Part shown: piece by piece, positions 39,279 to 52,527 of the stretch
Layout of the letters: every line of letters begins with the position of its first letter
How positions within the stretch are numbered: position 1 is the stretch's first letter
From: Octopus sinensis
Lineage: Eukaryota
Assembly: GCF_006345805.1 (NCBI RefSeq)
Contig: NC_042998.1
Span: forward strand, 54,870,001-54,934,000
Reading direction: 5' to 3'
Length of the DNA: 64,000 nt
Notes under the pieces: model-generated
What the model was told of the DNA's origin: nothing
The model's input: the letters and a program-made list of their open reading frames with translations, nothing else
The model's database searches: none
Made by a program: the position numbers and the translations under genes

Positions 39279-39620
39279 AACGGGAAGCTTTATGAAAATA
39301 AACAAAAGACGAAGGCAGGTGGAAAACAAACGAACAATTGTATTAGTATGGCGCTCAGGAAATATAAATAAAACAAGTATTTAACGTTTCGAGCCTACGC
39401 TCTTCAACAGAAAGATACACAGAGAGAGAAAAACACAGAAAGAAGGAGAGAAAAAAAATGCGTGCAGTAGCTAACGAATCAACATGGCGATCTGATTTCG
39501 GCCAGAGGTCAAAGATCAACATGAGACGCGAGAGCGAAATAAGGGGAGATAATAGGGTGATAAAAGGTTGAGGGGACCAGCTAAAAGTGCGTGGGAGGGG
39601 TCGATGTGTGTATGTATAGG
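39279..39620 (-). mobile_element. Second Penelope-like terminal fragment next to (TA)n
   Basis: Same architecture: hammerhead motif, tttcctgagcgcc motif, (TA)n flank. Confidence 0.6.
39377..39418 (-). ncRNA. Minimal type I hammerhead ribozyme-like motif (core variant CUGUUGA)
   Basis: Minus strand GUAUCUUU-CUGUUGA-A-GAGC-GUAG-GCUC-GAAAC-GUU-AAAUAC. A6 of the core is U. Confidence 0.55.
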
Positions 39621-39690
39621 GTTGGTGTATGTATTAGTATGTATAAGGGTGTGTGTGTGTGTGTGGTGTGTATGAGAGAGTATTAGTGCG

Positions 39691-39768
<78 letters not shown>

Positions 39769-40785
39769 ACGTCTCCGAACAAACTCATATAATTAGTCAA
39801 AAGGCAGTAAAATGTTTTCATAAATATTAGAGAACACGAGACGTATGAGAAAATAATAACGACGAAATTCATGGATAGTGCACTCCAAATATTCTCTTCT
39901 GTTATATATGTGAGCGTGCGTGTAAATCTCCCAAATTGTACACCTATACTCAGTTAAAAGTGGCAAAACTTATCACTGTAAGAAGCAGAAATGCTGTAAA
40001 CGTTGACAAATGTCTTTTTATCTTACATTCCAACGTTTTACTTTTCTTTCCAGCATAGCTTAGAGCGTATAGAAAATGTTTATGCTGTTGACGGTGCTTA
40101 TGATGATGTCTGCCTGTTGAGAACAGCTCGGATTTTCTGTTGAGGGACGATATCGCTAGCTGTTTCACTATCTAGACAGGCAACATCTAATGTTAAACAA
40201 ATGATTAGAATATGTAATAGATCTGACAGTAATATTGGTTTCAAGCTTGGCACAAGGACAGCAAGTTTGGGGGAAGGAGTAAGTCGCTTACATCAACACC
40301 AGTATTCAACTGGTACTTATTTTATCGACCCCGAAAAGATGAAAGGTAAAGTCGACCTCGGTGGATTTGGACTTAGAACGTAAAGACGAACAAAATGCCG
40401 CGGAGCATTTTGTCCGGCATGTTAACGATTCTACCAACTCGCCACCTTAGATTTGTCAATAATATTCCAAGCTATTGCAGGTCGATGATGTCCTTTGTCC
40501 CTGAGCTCGACATCAATCGGAATAAGCAGTAGAATTTCCTTGTTCTCATCCTATACAGTGAGGCCGATTCTGATCCATGTGTGCAGTGGCTTGCTGCTAA
40601 TAAATATACTATAGGGCCCAGTGCACTGATTTGCCCAGAGGTTTCACAGGATTCGGAGTCCAATTTTGATCTGTACTGTGGCTTGCTATCAATAAGTAAA
40701 TAAATAAATAAATAAATAAATAAATAGGACTCGATGCACTTATTTACTCGAGGGCCTATAATGCTCCTGATATGACTTGTTAAGG

Positions 40786-41103
40786 AGGCGCAATGGCCCA
40801 GAGTTTAGGGCAGCGGATTCGCGGTTGGAGGATCGCAGTTTCAATTCCCAGACCAGGCGTTGTGAGTATTTATTGAGCGAAAACACCTAAAAGCTGCACG
40901 AGGTTCCGGCAGCGGATGGTGGCAACCCCTGTGGTACTCTTTCGTCCCAACTTTTTCTCACTCTTTCTTCCTGTTTCTTGAGTAACGCTGCAATGGACTG
41001 GCATCCCGTCCAGCTGGGGGGAACACATACGCCATAGAAACCGGGAAACCGGCTCCATGAGCCTGGCTAGGCTTGTAAAGGGCGCATAAATAAAAAAAAA
41101 TTA
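40786..41103 (+). mobile_element. tRNA-derived SINE family E (tail Y), full length with 14-bp TSD
   Basis: Same tRNA-like head and body as the 58410 copy, A-rich tail, TSD atgacttgttaagg at 40772-40785 and 41104-41117. Confidence 0.85.
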
Positions 41104-41327
41104 ATGACTTGTTAAGGTTATCACTACAGATATTGTATAGAAATTATAGCTAACACTGATTTCGTTACGACGTTTCGTATCCTAGATGCCTGATGCAAAC
41201 AACAAAGAGATGGCTGATGAAAATGGGTAACGGGCCTATTTGTCATATTTCAGGAGTTTTTAGGGCCAATATACAATTTGAGACCATTTCACGAAGAAAC
41301 AAAAAACAACCTACCAGATACACTCAT

Positions 41328-41475
41328 AGGCGCAGAAGTAGCTTGCTTACCAACCACATGGTTCCGGGTTCATTCACACTGCGTGGAACCTTGGGCAAGT
41401 GTCTTCTACTATAGCCTCGGGCCCACCAAAGCCTTGTCAGTGGATTTGGCAAACGGAAACTGAAAGAAGCCCGTC

Positions 41476-41534
<59 letters not shown>

Positions 41535-41790
41535 TATATATATATATGTATGTATGTGTGTGTGTGTGTGTATGTTTGTGTGTCTGTGTTTGTGCCCCAA
41601 CATCGCTTGACAACCGATGGTGGTGTGTTGGCGTCCCCGTAACTTAGCAGTTCGGCAAAAGAAACCGATAGAATACAAAGAATAAGTCCTGGGGTCGATT
41701 TGCTCGACTAAAGGCGGTGCTCCAGCATGGCCGCACTCGAATGACTAAAACATGTAAAAGAGTAAAAGAGTAAAGAGTAAAAAGAGTAGA
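41328..41790 (+). mobile_element. SINE family A
   Basis: Family A body with a repeated gtaaaagag tail. Confidence 0.9.
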
Positions 41791-42831
41791 TGTAAAAAAT
41801 GTGTAGAAAACGAATATAAAAAGAATTGCGTAAATGAATGGGGGGGATGGGGGAGGACTTCAGAAAATTCAAAAGTTCCGATTTTTCCATCAAAATTTTC
41901 AGGAAAATGGATATATGTATTAATGAAATTTTTATAGAAATACCGTTCAAATGACATAAATTACGATTATAAAGAAACCTCTGGGGAAAATGTTTTTCGA
42001 AGTAGAGGGGAGAGGATTTCGGAAGATCACACGATCCATATTTTTTCCCTCATCAGTTCCAGGGGAAAAAATGTTTTTCGAAGGAGAGGGGAGAGGATTT
42101 CGGAAGATTCACACGATCCGTATTTTTCCCTCGTCACTTACAGGAAAACGTATATCTTTTAATGAAGTTTTATAGAAACACCTTTCAAATAGCATAAGAT
42201 TACAATTATAAAGAAATTTGTGGAGAAAATGTTTCCCTAAGGGTGGGGCGAGGACTGTCGGAAAGTTCATACGATCCGTTTTTTCCCTCATAACTTTCAG
42301 GATCTAGTTTAGCGCTCGGTCACCAAAAGGAAAAAAAAATTTAGTAGGTGTAAAAAAAAACGCGTAGAAAATGAATATGAAGACAAAAATTTGTGCAAAC
42401 GAACGGCGGTGGGTGGGGAGAGGACTTTCGGAAAATTCACACGATCCGATTTTTTCCCTCATAACTTTCAGGAAAACATTTTCCCCGCAGATTTCTTCAT
42501 AATCGTAATCTATGCCGTTTGAAAGATGTTTCAGTAAAATTTCATCAAAAGATATCCATTTTCCTGAAAGTTATGAGGGGAAAAATATGGATCGTGGGAA
42601 TTTTCTGAAATCCTATACCCACTCCTTCGGAAAACATTTTCCCCAGAAATTTCTTTATAATCTTAATTTGTGTCATTTGAACGGTATTTCTATAAAATTT
42701 CGCTTATATATATATATCCATTTTCCTGAAAATTATGATGGAAAAATCGGATCTTGTGAATTTTCCGAAAGTCCTCTCCGCTCCCCACCCCGTTGGTTTG
42801 CGCAAATTCGTTTTATACACATTTTTTTACA
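41791..42831. mobile_element. Foldback-type element with long modular inverted repeats
   Basis: Left arm tgtaaaaaatgtgtagaaaacgaat...ggaaaatggatat is mirrored by the right arm over several hundred bp built from tandem subunits; a third arm start lies at ~42346. Confidence 0.75.
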
Positions 42832-44030
42832 CTGGTAGGCAATTCTTTTTTCTTTTGCGTTCCTTAAGGAATCTCAAACTGTATATTGACTGTTTTTGCT
42901 CCTTCATAAGCGGCCATCCAACTTATTGACCATCCACGAACTCACAGTTTAAAATAACCACTAAATACGGCGGTGTTACCTTATTGGGTACACCAATTTT
43001 ACATACCAAACACATTTCTGGGAGTTGGTACGTAAATATTAATAACGAAATAAAGTGTCTCTACACGTCATTAAGCTCCTAATATGGTCCCGATAGTCAG
43101 AAGACGTAAGCGATGCTCAGTATACTGATCCTTTGGGTCGATTTTGGTAAATGCAACATGGTTACTGCTGGTGATGCTTTGCAGATGTGTATTTCGAACC
43201 GTAATGTTTGACGATCGAAGTGATGTTATCTCGGTAAGAGATCGCGTTTATAAGATTGAATCTAAGGTGAATAAATAAAATAAAATAAAAAAATTCATCT
43301 TGGTAAACATCGAACATATATGTAAACAGCACACACTTATACACATAAGACAAAGATCTTAAAATGAGATTAGAAATAAATTTCATTATTTGTATATTTA
43401 GAAATACTCAAGAGATAAAAGACACACACATAGATACATATACAAACGTGCATACAAAAGGCGTATGCTAACGCACACACACATACACACACACAAACAT
43501 ATTAACCATGCTTACGTGCATATTTATTTACGTATATTTTGATGACTGTGTAGCTTTCTATAATGGTGTAAGCATAGTTGAGAACAGTAATGATGAATGA
43601 GTTTTTGTGTGACTGTATGAATATATATTAACATATAACTCTCGTACATACAACCTTATATACAAATATTCATGCAGAGATGCAGATGATATCATATACA
43701 TACACACTCAGACAAAGACAGACAAAGGTACAGACATGCGCGCGCGCACACACACATATACATACACACATTAGGTTGCTTTACAAAAATACTGGAAGCA
43801 CCAACATAGAAGGACAACAAAGAAATGTACAGGTAAACAAAACCTCAGAACAAACTGACAGGCACAACTGTAATCTCTTTATCAGTTGTTGACGAGAAAT
43901 CAGTGGAATTTCGGCGCTTGGTGGGTACAGTGCCCGCAATACATCTAAGCAGCGAGAGTAACTGACAAGTGCACTTGAAAATCGAACAAAGACAAGAAAA
44001 TAAATGTACGAAACGTACAGAAGTTATAAG

Positions 44031-44520
44031 GATCTTGGCGATCTTTCGTTTTGACTCGAAATATTGTAAACAATGAATTCGGTGGTTACGGTGACCACAT
44101 GTTGTCTTGTCAATTGTCAGTAGGGAAGAGAAAGATAATGGGTTGTGCGTGCGTGCGTGCGTGCTTGTTCCTCTATGTGTGTGTGTGCGTGTGCGTGCTT
44201 GTTCCTTTGTGTGTGTGTGTGTGTGTGTGTGTGCATGTTTGTTCCTCTGTGTGTTATTTCTACATTCCACAATATATAAATACATAAAAATAGAACAGAC
44301 ACACACATACACAGAAGAAAAAGGACGCACAGACACACGCACACAGACACACATACACACACACACGCACAAACAAGAAAAGCATGCACACAAACAAGAA
44401 TAAGCGCACACGCACAACCCCTTTCTCTTTCAACTGACTGTTGACAAGACATGTGGTCACGGAAACCACCGAATTCATTGTTTACATTATTTCGAGTCAA
44501 AACGAAAGATCGGCAGGATC
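44031..44520. mobile_element. Palindromic MITE with ~120-bp TIRs
   Basis: gatcttggcgatctttcgttttgactcgaaat...gaccacatg mirrors catgtggtcac...atttcgagtcaaaacgaaagatcggcaggatc; interior (TG)n and (CA)n are also mirrored. Confidence 0.8.
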
Positions 44521-44689
44521 TTTTGACCGGAACGAGTAATTTCGACGTAAACTATATGAAGCAATTGTTCAAGTAAGGTACAGGGGGGGGGGAATGAGCC
44601 TGTGGCCTTCGCAAAACAGCTGCTATCTTTCTCGAGAATGCATCGTTTCCGAGCCTTTTGGGATTAAACCACATACACTCGCATTTATA

Positions 44690-44980
44690 TAGCAGACATG
44701 AACTGCCACTCATTCGGTTATGATGACGAGTGTTCTAGTTGATCCGATCAGCGGAACAGCCTGATCGTGAAATTAACATGCAAGTTAGGGAAGATTCGGC
44801 GTGACACAGAATGTGACAAGGCTGGGCCCTTTGAAATACAGGTACAGCTCAATTTTGCTAACTGAGTAGACTGGGACAACGTGAAATAACGTGTCTAGCT
44901 GAAAGAGACAACGCGTCGCTGGGAATCGAACTCACGATCTTGCGCTCGTGAGCCGAATGACACTAATACCACTAAGCCAC
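44690..44980 (-). mobile_element. tRNA-derived SINE with a different head but tail X
   Basis: Head (plus-strand text) gggaatcgaactcacgatc...accactaagccacg. Tail ttcggttatgatgacgag...gatccgatcagcggaacagcctg is shared with the 58410 copy. Confidence 0.7.
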
Positions 44981-45602
44981 GTTTCTTCACACACACGCAT
45001 GTGCACATACTGACACATTTATAATACCTGAATAACTTGGACACTTATGGTCAATACGTGTGTGTGCGCGCGCTTGTTAGTTTGTGAAGACGAGATAAAT
45101 GCTTCAGTTATATTAGCGAGGAATAAAAATTATGGAGTGGTAACAGAGTTATTTTTATATTTTGAAGAAAAATAAAGAATACAACTGCTTTTTACGCTTT
45201 GGGCTTGTTGACATGTTCATGACCAGAAATAGAGAAAAATTTCAAAGGAAGATATTTATAAATTGCACCTTAATATGGTATTGATCAGCATTGAGAAAAG
45301 AAGGATACAGACAGAGAAAGAGAGAGAGGGTGGTGGAATGAGGGAGGAAGAGAGGGATCTAAATATTTTATGAAATAAGCAAGCTGTAATGTTTATTGTT
45401 TAGCGTTGAGTGGAATGGGTAAATAACATTGAAAACAGTTTTCATATCTTTGTAGATATTCTTGCTGCAGTAATTCTTTTTTTCGTTCTGAAGGTAAACA
45501 AGCGAGATATAGAAGTCAAAAAGTAACGGTTAAACTATGCGAAATATTTCGTTTTTGGATTTGGTTTGCAAGATTCTTTATATGAGTTCGTGTGTTGAAG
45601 CA

Positions 45603-45806
45603 TATTCTGTTGTGTCTGGGGAGAGTCATTTTCTTTTTGTGCCTTATAATGTAACACATTCACCGGTAAAATTTCCACTTATTTCTTATTTTTATTTTCC
45701 TAAAATTTTCGTTGCAACCTTTTCAATAGTCTTGAAATTTTACCGGTGAGTGAGTTAAATTATAAGGCACGAAAATAAAATGACTCTCCCCAGACACAAC
45801 AGAATA
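45603..45806. mobile_element. MITE with ~70-bp TIRs and TA TSD
   Basis: tattctgttgtgtctggggagagtcatttt...caccggtaaaattt and its inverse. Confidence 0.85.
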
Positions 45807-45827
45807 GACGAAATATCTTTTGATTTT

Positions 45828-46060
45828 TACTTGTTTCAGTCATTAGACTGCAGCCATGCTGGGGAACCGCCTTGAAGGGCTTAGTCCAATAAAATCGACA
45901 CCAGGGTAGGGCGTTGACCGTGAACTTGCTTATTTCTTAAACCTGGTACTTAATCCATCGATCCTTTTTGCCGAACCGTTAACGTACTGGGACGTAAACA
46001 AGCCAGTATCGGTTGTGAAGCGGACATGGTGGTAACAAACGCAACACCAAGACGCGCACG

Positions 46061-46109
<49 letters not shown>

Positions 46110-46280
46110 ACATACAAGCACGTACTCACACACATATATAAATGGGCTTCTTTCATTTCCGTTCACCAAATCCACTTTACAAGGCTTTATTTGGCCTAGG
46201 ACTGTGCTGCTCTGTGGGACTGAACTCGAAATCACATGGTTATGAAGCAAGCTTCTCAACCACACAGTCACGACTGCGCC
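45828..46280 (-). mobile_element. SINE family A, older subfamily
   Basis: Diverged family A body with internal (CA)n. Confidence 0.8.
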
Positions 46281-46375
46281 TATATGGTCAAGCTAATTCT
46301 GTATAGTAAGTATAAAGTCGCTTAATGTTTATTTTGCCGCTCATCTAGTTTAATCACTTTCATTCTACTTGCATA

Positions 46376-46889
46376 CCGTAAATCCTCGAGTATAGTCCGC
46401 TCTTGAGTATAATACGCAGGGGATTTTTAGGGGGCTGTACCTCTGAAAAACCTAAACCTTGTGTATAATACGCACCCCTTCTCTAATTTGAGTCAAGGAG
46501 GTTTATATAACGTCCTTGGTTTGTAAAACTGTATACGGCAACGTCCTTTATTATTATTGTATATATAACTTAATGCTAACGTGTGGCTTTTTTGTGCATT
46601 TTGTTTGCAGAAAATAAAGAAATAACTGTAATAACGTTTAATAAATGTTCCTTATTGCAAGTTATGGATGATTCTTTTATGACTTCATTGCTTTCAGGCT
46701 TAGCTTAAGGTATTTTCGCGCCCGACATCACAAAATGCGTTTGAATAAACATTGCCGGACAACAAATAGAGACTCGGACATTGCTTAGAAAATAATTTTC
46801 ATTTTTAACCTTGTATATAGTACGCACTAGGGATTTTGACCGTTAAATTTTTGGGGAAAAAATGCGGATTATACTCGAGGGTTTTACGG
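46376..46889. mobile_element. Tc1/pogo-type MITE
   Basis: TA-CCGTAAATCCTCGAGTATA ... TATACTCGAGGGTTTTACGG-TA. Confidence 0.85.
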
Positions 46890-47189
46890 TACTTCGCATA
46901 GATAACGTAAAAATGTAGCAGTGTAATTTTATTCTTCCATAGTTACAGGACTATCTACAAAAAATTTCAATACATTTTCTTTTTTTCAGAAGATTTCTTT
47001 TATTCTAGTATAAACGGCAATAATAGGTGTGAAGTATAAACGGCTACAATTTAAAGTGTTTTGCCTTATTATTACAGTAGCTACCAATATAAACATCGTA
47101 AACTTTGTATGCGTTGCGTTAGGTTACTGAGCATTGTTAATGATTCGAATCATACGTGTACAACCAACATATTTGATATTTATTTAGGA

Positions 47190-47586
47190 ACTAGCAGTAT
47201 CGCCCGGCTTTGCTCGGGCTTGTAAGGGAAATAACTATATAAGCATTTTTAGAGAGTTATAGCCAAAAAATAGCAAAAAAATGCATTAAAAATGGGAAAA
47301 AAATGATGGTAAATTTTTTTTTAAATCGTTGACTCATCGTAGACATTTTTAGAGAGTTACTTCCCTTATATAATAGCGAAAAAATGTATTAAAATGGAAA
47401 AAATGATGGTATTTTTTTTTTTATCGTAGACTCATCGTAGACGCGCGCTAATACCCAGAAGGGCTCGATATGAATCACGACTATAAGATACCCGGTTTTG
47501 GTTAAACTGCACCGCAAAATGTGGGAGTAGTTAGGAATCTAAATCGTAGGAGACAGACACACAACTTCACTTTTATATATAAAGAT
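47190..47586. mobile_element. Helitron/Helentron-like non-autonomous element
   Basis: Begins ACTAGC with hairpin cccggctttgctcggg, ends ttttatatataaagat; has an internal tandem duplication; no TIR. Confidence 0.7.
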
Positions 47587-49559
47587 ATAATAAAATAATA
47601 TCTTGCTTATTGTCAAATATGTCAACCTTCGATAAGCTGCCTATTATTAATTACAATAGCGTTTTAGGAAATATTATTTATTAAAAATAATGAGCTCTTA
47701 TTGTAACTTAATCGGGAATAGTTTTGTACAGAGAAAATGTCGTATAATCTGAATAAGCTTGTCATTCACTTCAGACGTAAACTCCCACATAACAAGGCAT
47801 TTCTTAGCACTGATTAAAAAATACTTCCCAAATCCAACCATAATTACTTTAAATTATTTAACGAAAATAATATTAAAGCAACGCACAAAAACCTGAATGT
47901 AGCTGTACGAATAGTATGCTTGAAGAGTTTTGTCTTCTTAGTGGAAAGATTAGCAAGTAAGTCGTATTGAGACTGAAAGATCCTGTATTCGCATGTATGA
48001 AGGTAGCTTTAAAAGCTGTTATCTAAATCACAAAATTTTGCAGGCAACTGTGTTATATTAACATATGGAATTATAAGCAAAAGGAAAATTATATTTGGTG
48101 TGTCCTTGGTGGTCAACTATTATAGGGGAGACAATTTCTGCTAGGCTAAGTTAAGTTGAGGTGGATTTGAAAGTCTGGAATTTACATCAGAGTAAAACGT
48201 TGTACGAGGTATGCAAACTCAGTATTTTTTCTACACATTATAAAGTTCTTCAAATTTTGTTGTCGCTGGTAGCCATGCATAGCGCTATTTCATCCCTGTT
48301 TAGAATCGTCAGCACAGCATGATCTGAGACAAATAAATTAGTTAAATTCGGAATATCACGAAGTTAGGCATTTCTTATAGAGAATAAATAGTTTATTGTT
48401 TAAAAGGCATTCTTGATATTTTTAATGTTTTATCGATATTTCAAAACAGCTTTTTACTATGCAATATATACAATTAGCAAATATATGCAGTATATGAATC
48501 AAGAAATAATTGCCATAGAAAAAGAGTTAAAACGCTTCTTACGTAATTATTGTGACAGGAATAATTTCCTAGTAAAGACGTTGAGGGATGGAAATGTTTT
48601 TATCAAACACATGACTGGAGACACATAGGCTTCCACCTGTCATAAAAAAACATCCCTTCAGAGAGTTGAATCACTTCGTCTACAATGAATACAGAAATTC
48701 CTTGTCTTTCGTCAATACGTTAGTATAGTTATCTAACGACTCAGTCATACATGCACGCACACACATTTATATATATCGAGGGGATAATTATAATCATGGC
48801 TATTGCTTCATTAGCACATCATGCAGTATCCTAGCTAGTGTAGTATTCGAAAATCAAAAGGAGATCCGTAAGATTTCGATTGCTATAAAAAGGGGGCACT
48901 ACACAATGATGCAAGCTTTGCTTGGCCAAAAGAGTAAGAATACTATAAATTTCACCTGACCCGAGGACCTTTTTAAATTCAAAAAAGATATGTTTAGTTG
49001 GTGTCCTCATCAAATAAAATTCATGTTGAAAGCATGAAATTTCCTATTTACCAACTAAGTAAATGCTGCCATCTTCAGACATCTTCAGTAGACCCGTCGT
49101 GGCATAAGTGGAACCGATGTAAGTGGGGTAAGTCCGTCTGCCCGCCCGCCCAAGGTCCTGTTAGCACATTTCATTACGGAATTTTTTTGTTTACAAAATT
49201 AACTCATCCATGAAGTTTTCCTATCCCCAGTTGTAGACCGATTATTCCGGCCTTTTGAGTCGGTTGAGTCACCTATATAGCCAAGCGTTTTATAGGTGAG
49301 AAATTCTCTGACCGGTCATAACAAACAATCTTCTAAATATTACTACTCTAACTTATTGAGCGTGACCCTTTTCGGATACATGAACGACTGACCGATTATG
49401 TGTGTGTATATACTGTAAGTTTGTAAGATATAATTCTGAAGGAGTTTGCCTATTATTTTTACCAGATCGATTTTACACATAGGGCGCCTTCCTCAGTTGC
49501 TTTTGGTGCTTGCATTAGTAGCGACATTAGAGATTTATAACTGAGGCTGGTTGTCTGAA

Positions 49560-49560
<1 letters not shown>

Positions 49561-49645
<85 letters not shown>
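49561..49645. repeat. (GGCT)n microsatellite
   Basis: Direct reading. Confidence 0.98.
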
Positions 49646-49646
<1 letters not shown>

Positions 49647-50045
49647 TTGGTTGTTATTGTTGTTGATGATATTACTCAAAGGTTGTACGTATTGGTAACA
49701 GCAAGCAAACGCTGAAGATGGCGGATTTGTTGTTAAGATGTATGAAACATTTCCAGCACGAGTTGTTTACGAAAGCTATAAAACAAAGAAATGAAATTTC
49801 GTCTGAGAAATCAATAATAACAAGTCAATTATGCCTTGCTTCGAATGACAATACTTAGCCAAAGTTTTCCACTCATCAACATTGTCATTCACTAAAACCG
49901 CACCTTCAGCTGGCTAAATCTACTGTTTATTAATTTCGACTATACTTTAATAGTTGTAAACAACTCTAGTTTATTTGTACAAATATTTTTTTTAAAATCC
50001 GTTCTTTCCAATCATTTGCTAATATAAGTACGTAAGTATGTGTGT

Positions 50046-50137
50046 GTATGTATGTATGTATGTATGTATGTATGTATGTATGTATGTATGTATGTATGTA
50101 TGTATGTATGTATGTATGTATGTATGTATGTATGTAT
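50046..50137. repeat. (TATG)n microsatellite
   Basis: Direct reading. Confidence 0.98.
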
Positions 50138-50390
50138 TGTTTAGTTTTATTTCTAAATTTCTTGTTAGGCTCCTTCATTGAAATTTCTACAACAATAGGT
50201 TATTTGTGTATGTTTGTGTGGATGTGTATAATATTTGGAGTGAGTACATGTACAGATCTGCGTGTTTTGTTCTATTCCTTTATACCCAAACATACAGTTG
50301 CACATGTAGACATGTGCATACATGTATGTATTCACATAAATATGTGTTTGCATATATAAAAATGTACGTATGCATGTATGCATGTAGACT

Positions 50391-50459
<69 letters not shown>

Positions 50460-50479
50460 ATAGATAGATGGATGGATAA

Positions 50480-50567
<88 letters not shown>

Positions 50568-50569
<2 letters not shown>

Positions 50570-50822
50570 TTCCTTATTGGCCACGCAGGGCTGAACACAG
50601 AAGGGGCAAAATACAAAGTAGAGCTTTTCTTTTTGGGAAGAAGAGAAGGAAAAAAGAGGGGAGGGTCGAATTCCGATCAAAAGGGATCGTGAAAATAAAT
50701 TTTAAAAAATGGGGCCGATCAATAGAGATCGTGTATCACAGAAATGTCAATGTAAAAAGGGAAAACAGATTAGGTTTGTCCGTGAATTGAAAAGCCTACA
50801 GAAAAGACCACAGGAACCTTGG
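50568..50822 (-). mobile_element. 3' UTR fragment of a Tx1/L1-like LINE embedded in (GATA)n
   Basis: Minus strand ends ttctgtgttcagccctgcgtggccaataaggaaat then (CTAT)n; GATA repeats on both sides; terminus resembles that of the 35483 LINE. Confidence 0.6.
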
Positions 50823-50904
50823 TAGATAGATAGATAGAAATGAAAAGTAAATTTGCTTTATTTTTCTTTAGTAGTCTTTGGTAGTCTCTCGGAGTCCGAA
50901 ATTT

Positions 50905-51125
50905 GTTTCCAGTGATCAAATATGTGTGCTGTACATCAGGTCGCTCCCACCATCAAATCAATGTTATCTGAACAAACAGGTGCACGATGTACTACATATC
51001 AGGAGTCGAAGTGATCGCAGAGCAACGTGTTTTGCTCAAGAACATAACGTCCCATCCGGTCCAGGAATCGAAACCACGATCCCGCAATCGTGAGTGCAAC
51101 ACTCTAACCACAGGGCCTTGCGCCC
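50905..51125 (-). mobile_element. tRNA-derived SINE, degraded
   Basis: B box ggaatcgaaacc and A-box end ctaaccacagggcc on the minus strand; ttgctcaagaacataacg motif as in the 44690 copy. Confidence 0.6.
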
Positions 51126-51312
51126 TCCAGATAGAGCTATATATACATATATTAAGCGTAGGTGTGTGTATGTGTAACTGGATGCCCGACGGTTTTCATG
51201 ATGAAGTTTTCATTGTTCGACCACTTAAGTGGGGACAGATATTACCTATTGTTTTATCATAATACTGATTTTAGTTAGTGACTAGATATTTTGGGCACAG
51301 TCTACAAGAGCA

Positions 51313-51538
51313 CCGTATATGCCGGCGTATACAACGAGTATTTTCTTTTATTCTGCAATGTAACATAAGATAGCCATGCGTCTTATGCGACAGTATTAGG
51401 GAGAGAAATACCGACTGAATGTGTGTAAGAATGCAACAGTAAATTTGCTCTTTGCCCCCCTCCAAATATTCTTGTTTTCCGCAAAAACGTAGGTGTTTGT
51501 CTTATGGGAGAGTGTGTCTTATTCACCGGCAAATACGG
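51313..51538. mobile_element. Tc1/pogo-type MITE, diverged
   Basis: ccgtatatgccggc ... ccggcaaatacgg-TA. Confidence 0.65.
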
Positions 51539-51900
51539 TATATCGATAATATCGATCCTCGTACTTAATTCATCGACTGTACTTATTTTTACTGTGGTTG
51601 GTCAAAGCAACTCAGGAGCGTCCAGCTGGACAGACAGCTAACCAGCATGGACAGATAGCTGACAACAGCCGCACGGAAAACCTATTTTATTGATCGCAAA
51701 ATATTGTGTTTAGTGCTCTACCGAATCTCCCATCTATCTGCCATATACTGACAATACAGAGAAAAATAAATCATCGTGAATTTCTAACATAGGAGCAAGT
51801 ATACATATTTCGGGCGGAAGCAAGCAGTTGATTATCTCGATTCCAGTATTATCTGGCATATACTTCATCGATCATAGAAAGGTAAAAAGGAAAAGTAGAT

Positions 51901-52259
51901 GTGGCTGGGTGGTAAGTAGCTTGCTTACCAACCACATGGTTCCGGGTTCAGTCTCACTGCATGGCACTTTGGGCAAGTGTCTTCTACTATAGCCTCGGGC
52001 CGACCAAAGCCTTGTGAGTGGATTTGGTAGACGAAAATTGAAAGAAGCCCGTCATGTGTGTCTGTGTTTGTCCCCCACCCAACATCGCTTGATAACCGAT
52101 GCTGGTGTGTTTACATCCCCGTAACTTAGCGGTTCGGCAAAAGAGACCGATAGAATAAGTACTAGGCTTACAAAGAATAAGTCCTGGGGTCGATTTGCTC
52201 GACTAAAAGGCAGTGTTCCAGCATGGCCGCAGTCGAATGACTGAAACAAGTAAAAGAGT
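51901..52259 (+). mobile_element. SINE family A
   Basis: Matches family A. Confidence 0.9.
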
Positions 52260-52483
52260 TATCTGGATTTGAACTTAGAAGATAGAGAATAATTACATCC
52301 CATAATATAACATTCTATTCGTTACTCTTCCGTTTCTGACACTCTTCTACTATTTAAAGATTTCTTTATTTACAAAACGATTGGATGAATAAATATAAAT
52401 CGATTGTCACTTAAATTGTATCCGTAACTTCGTAAACTCTTTACGTTTTAGGTTTATTATTATCATTATTATTATTATTATTA

Positions 52484-52527
<44 letters not shown>

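Noticed and set aside
40058-40120. Acceptor followed by MFMLLTVLMMMSAC, signal-peptide-like
   Set aside because: In-frame stop after 14 codons and no donor or homology.
48413-48628. 71-aa ORF (QEIIAIEKELKRFLRNYC...)
   Set aside because: No recognised motif or supporting exon structure; compatible with chance in AT-rich DNA.
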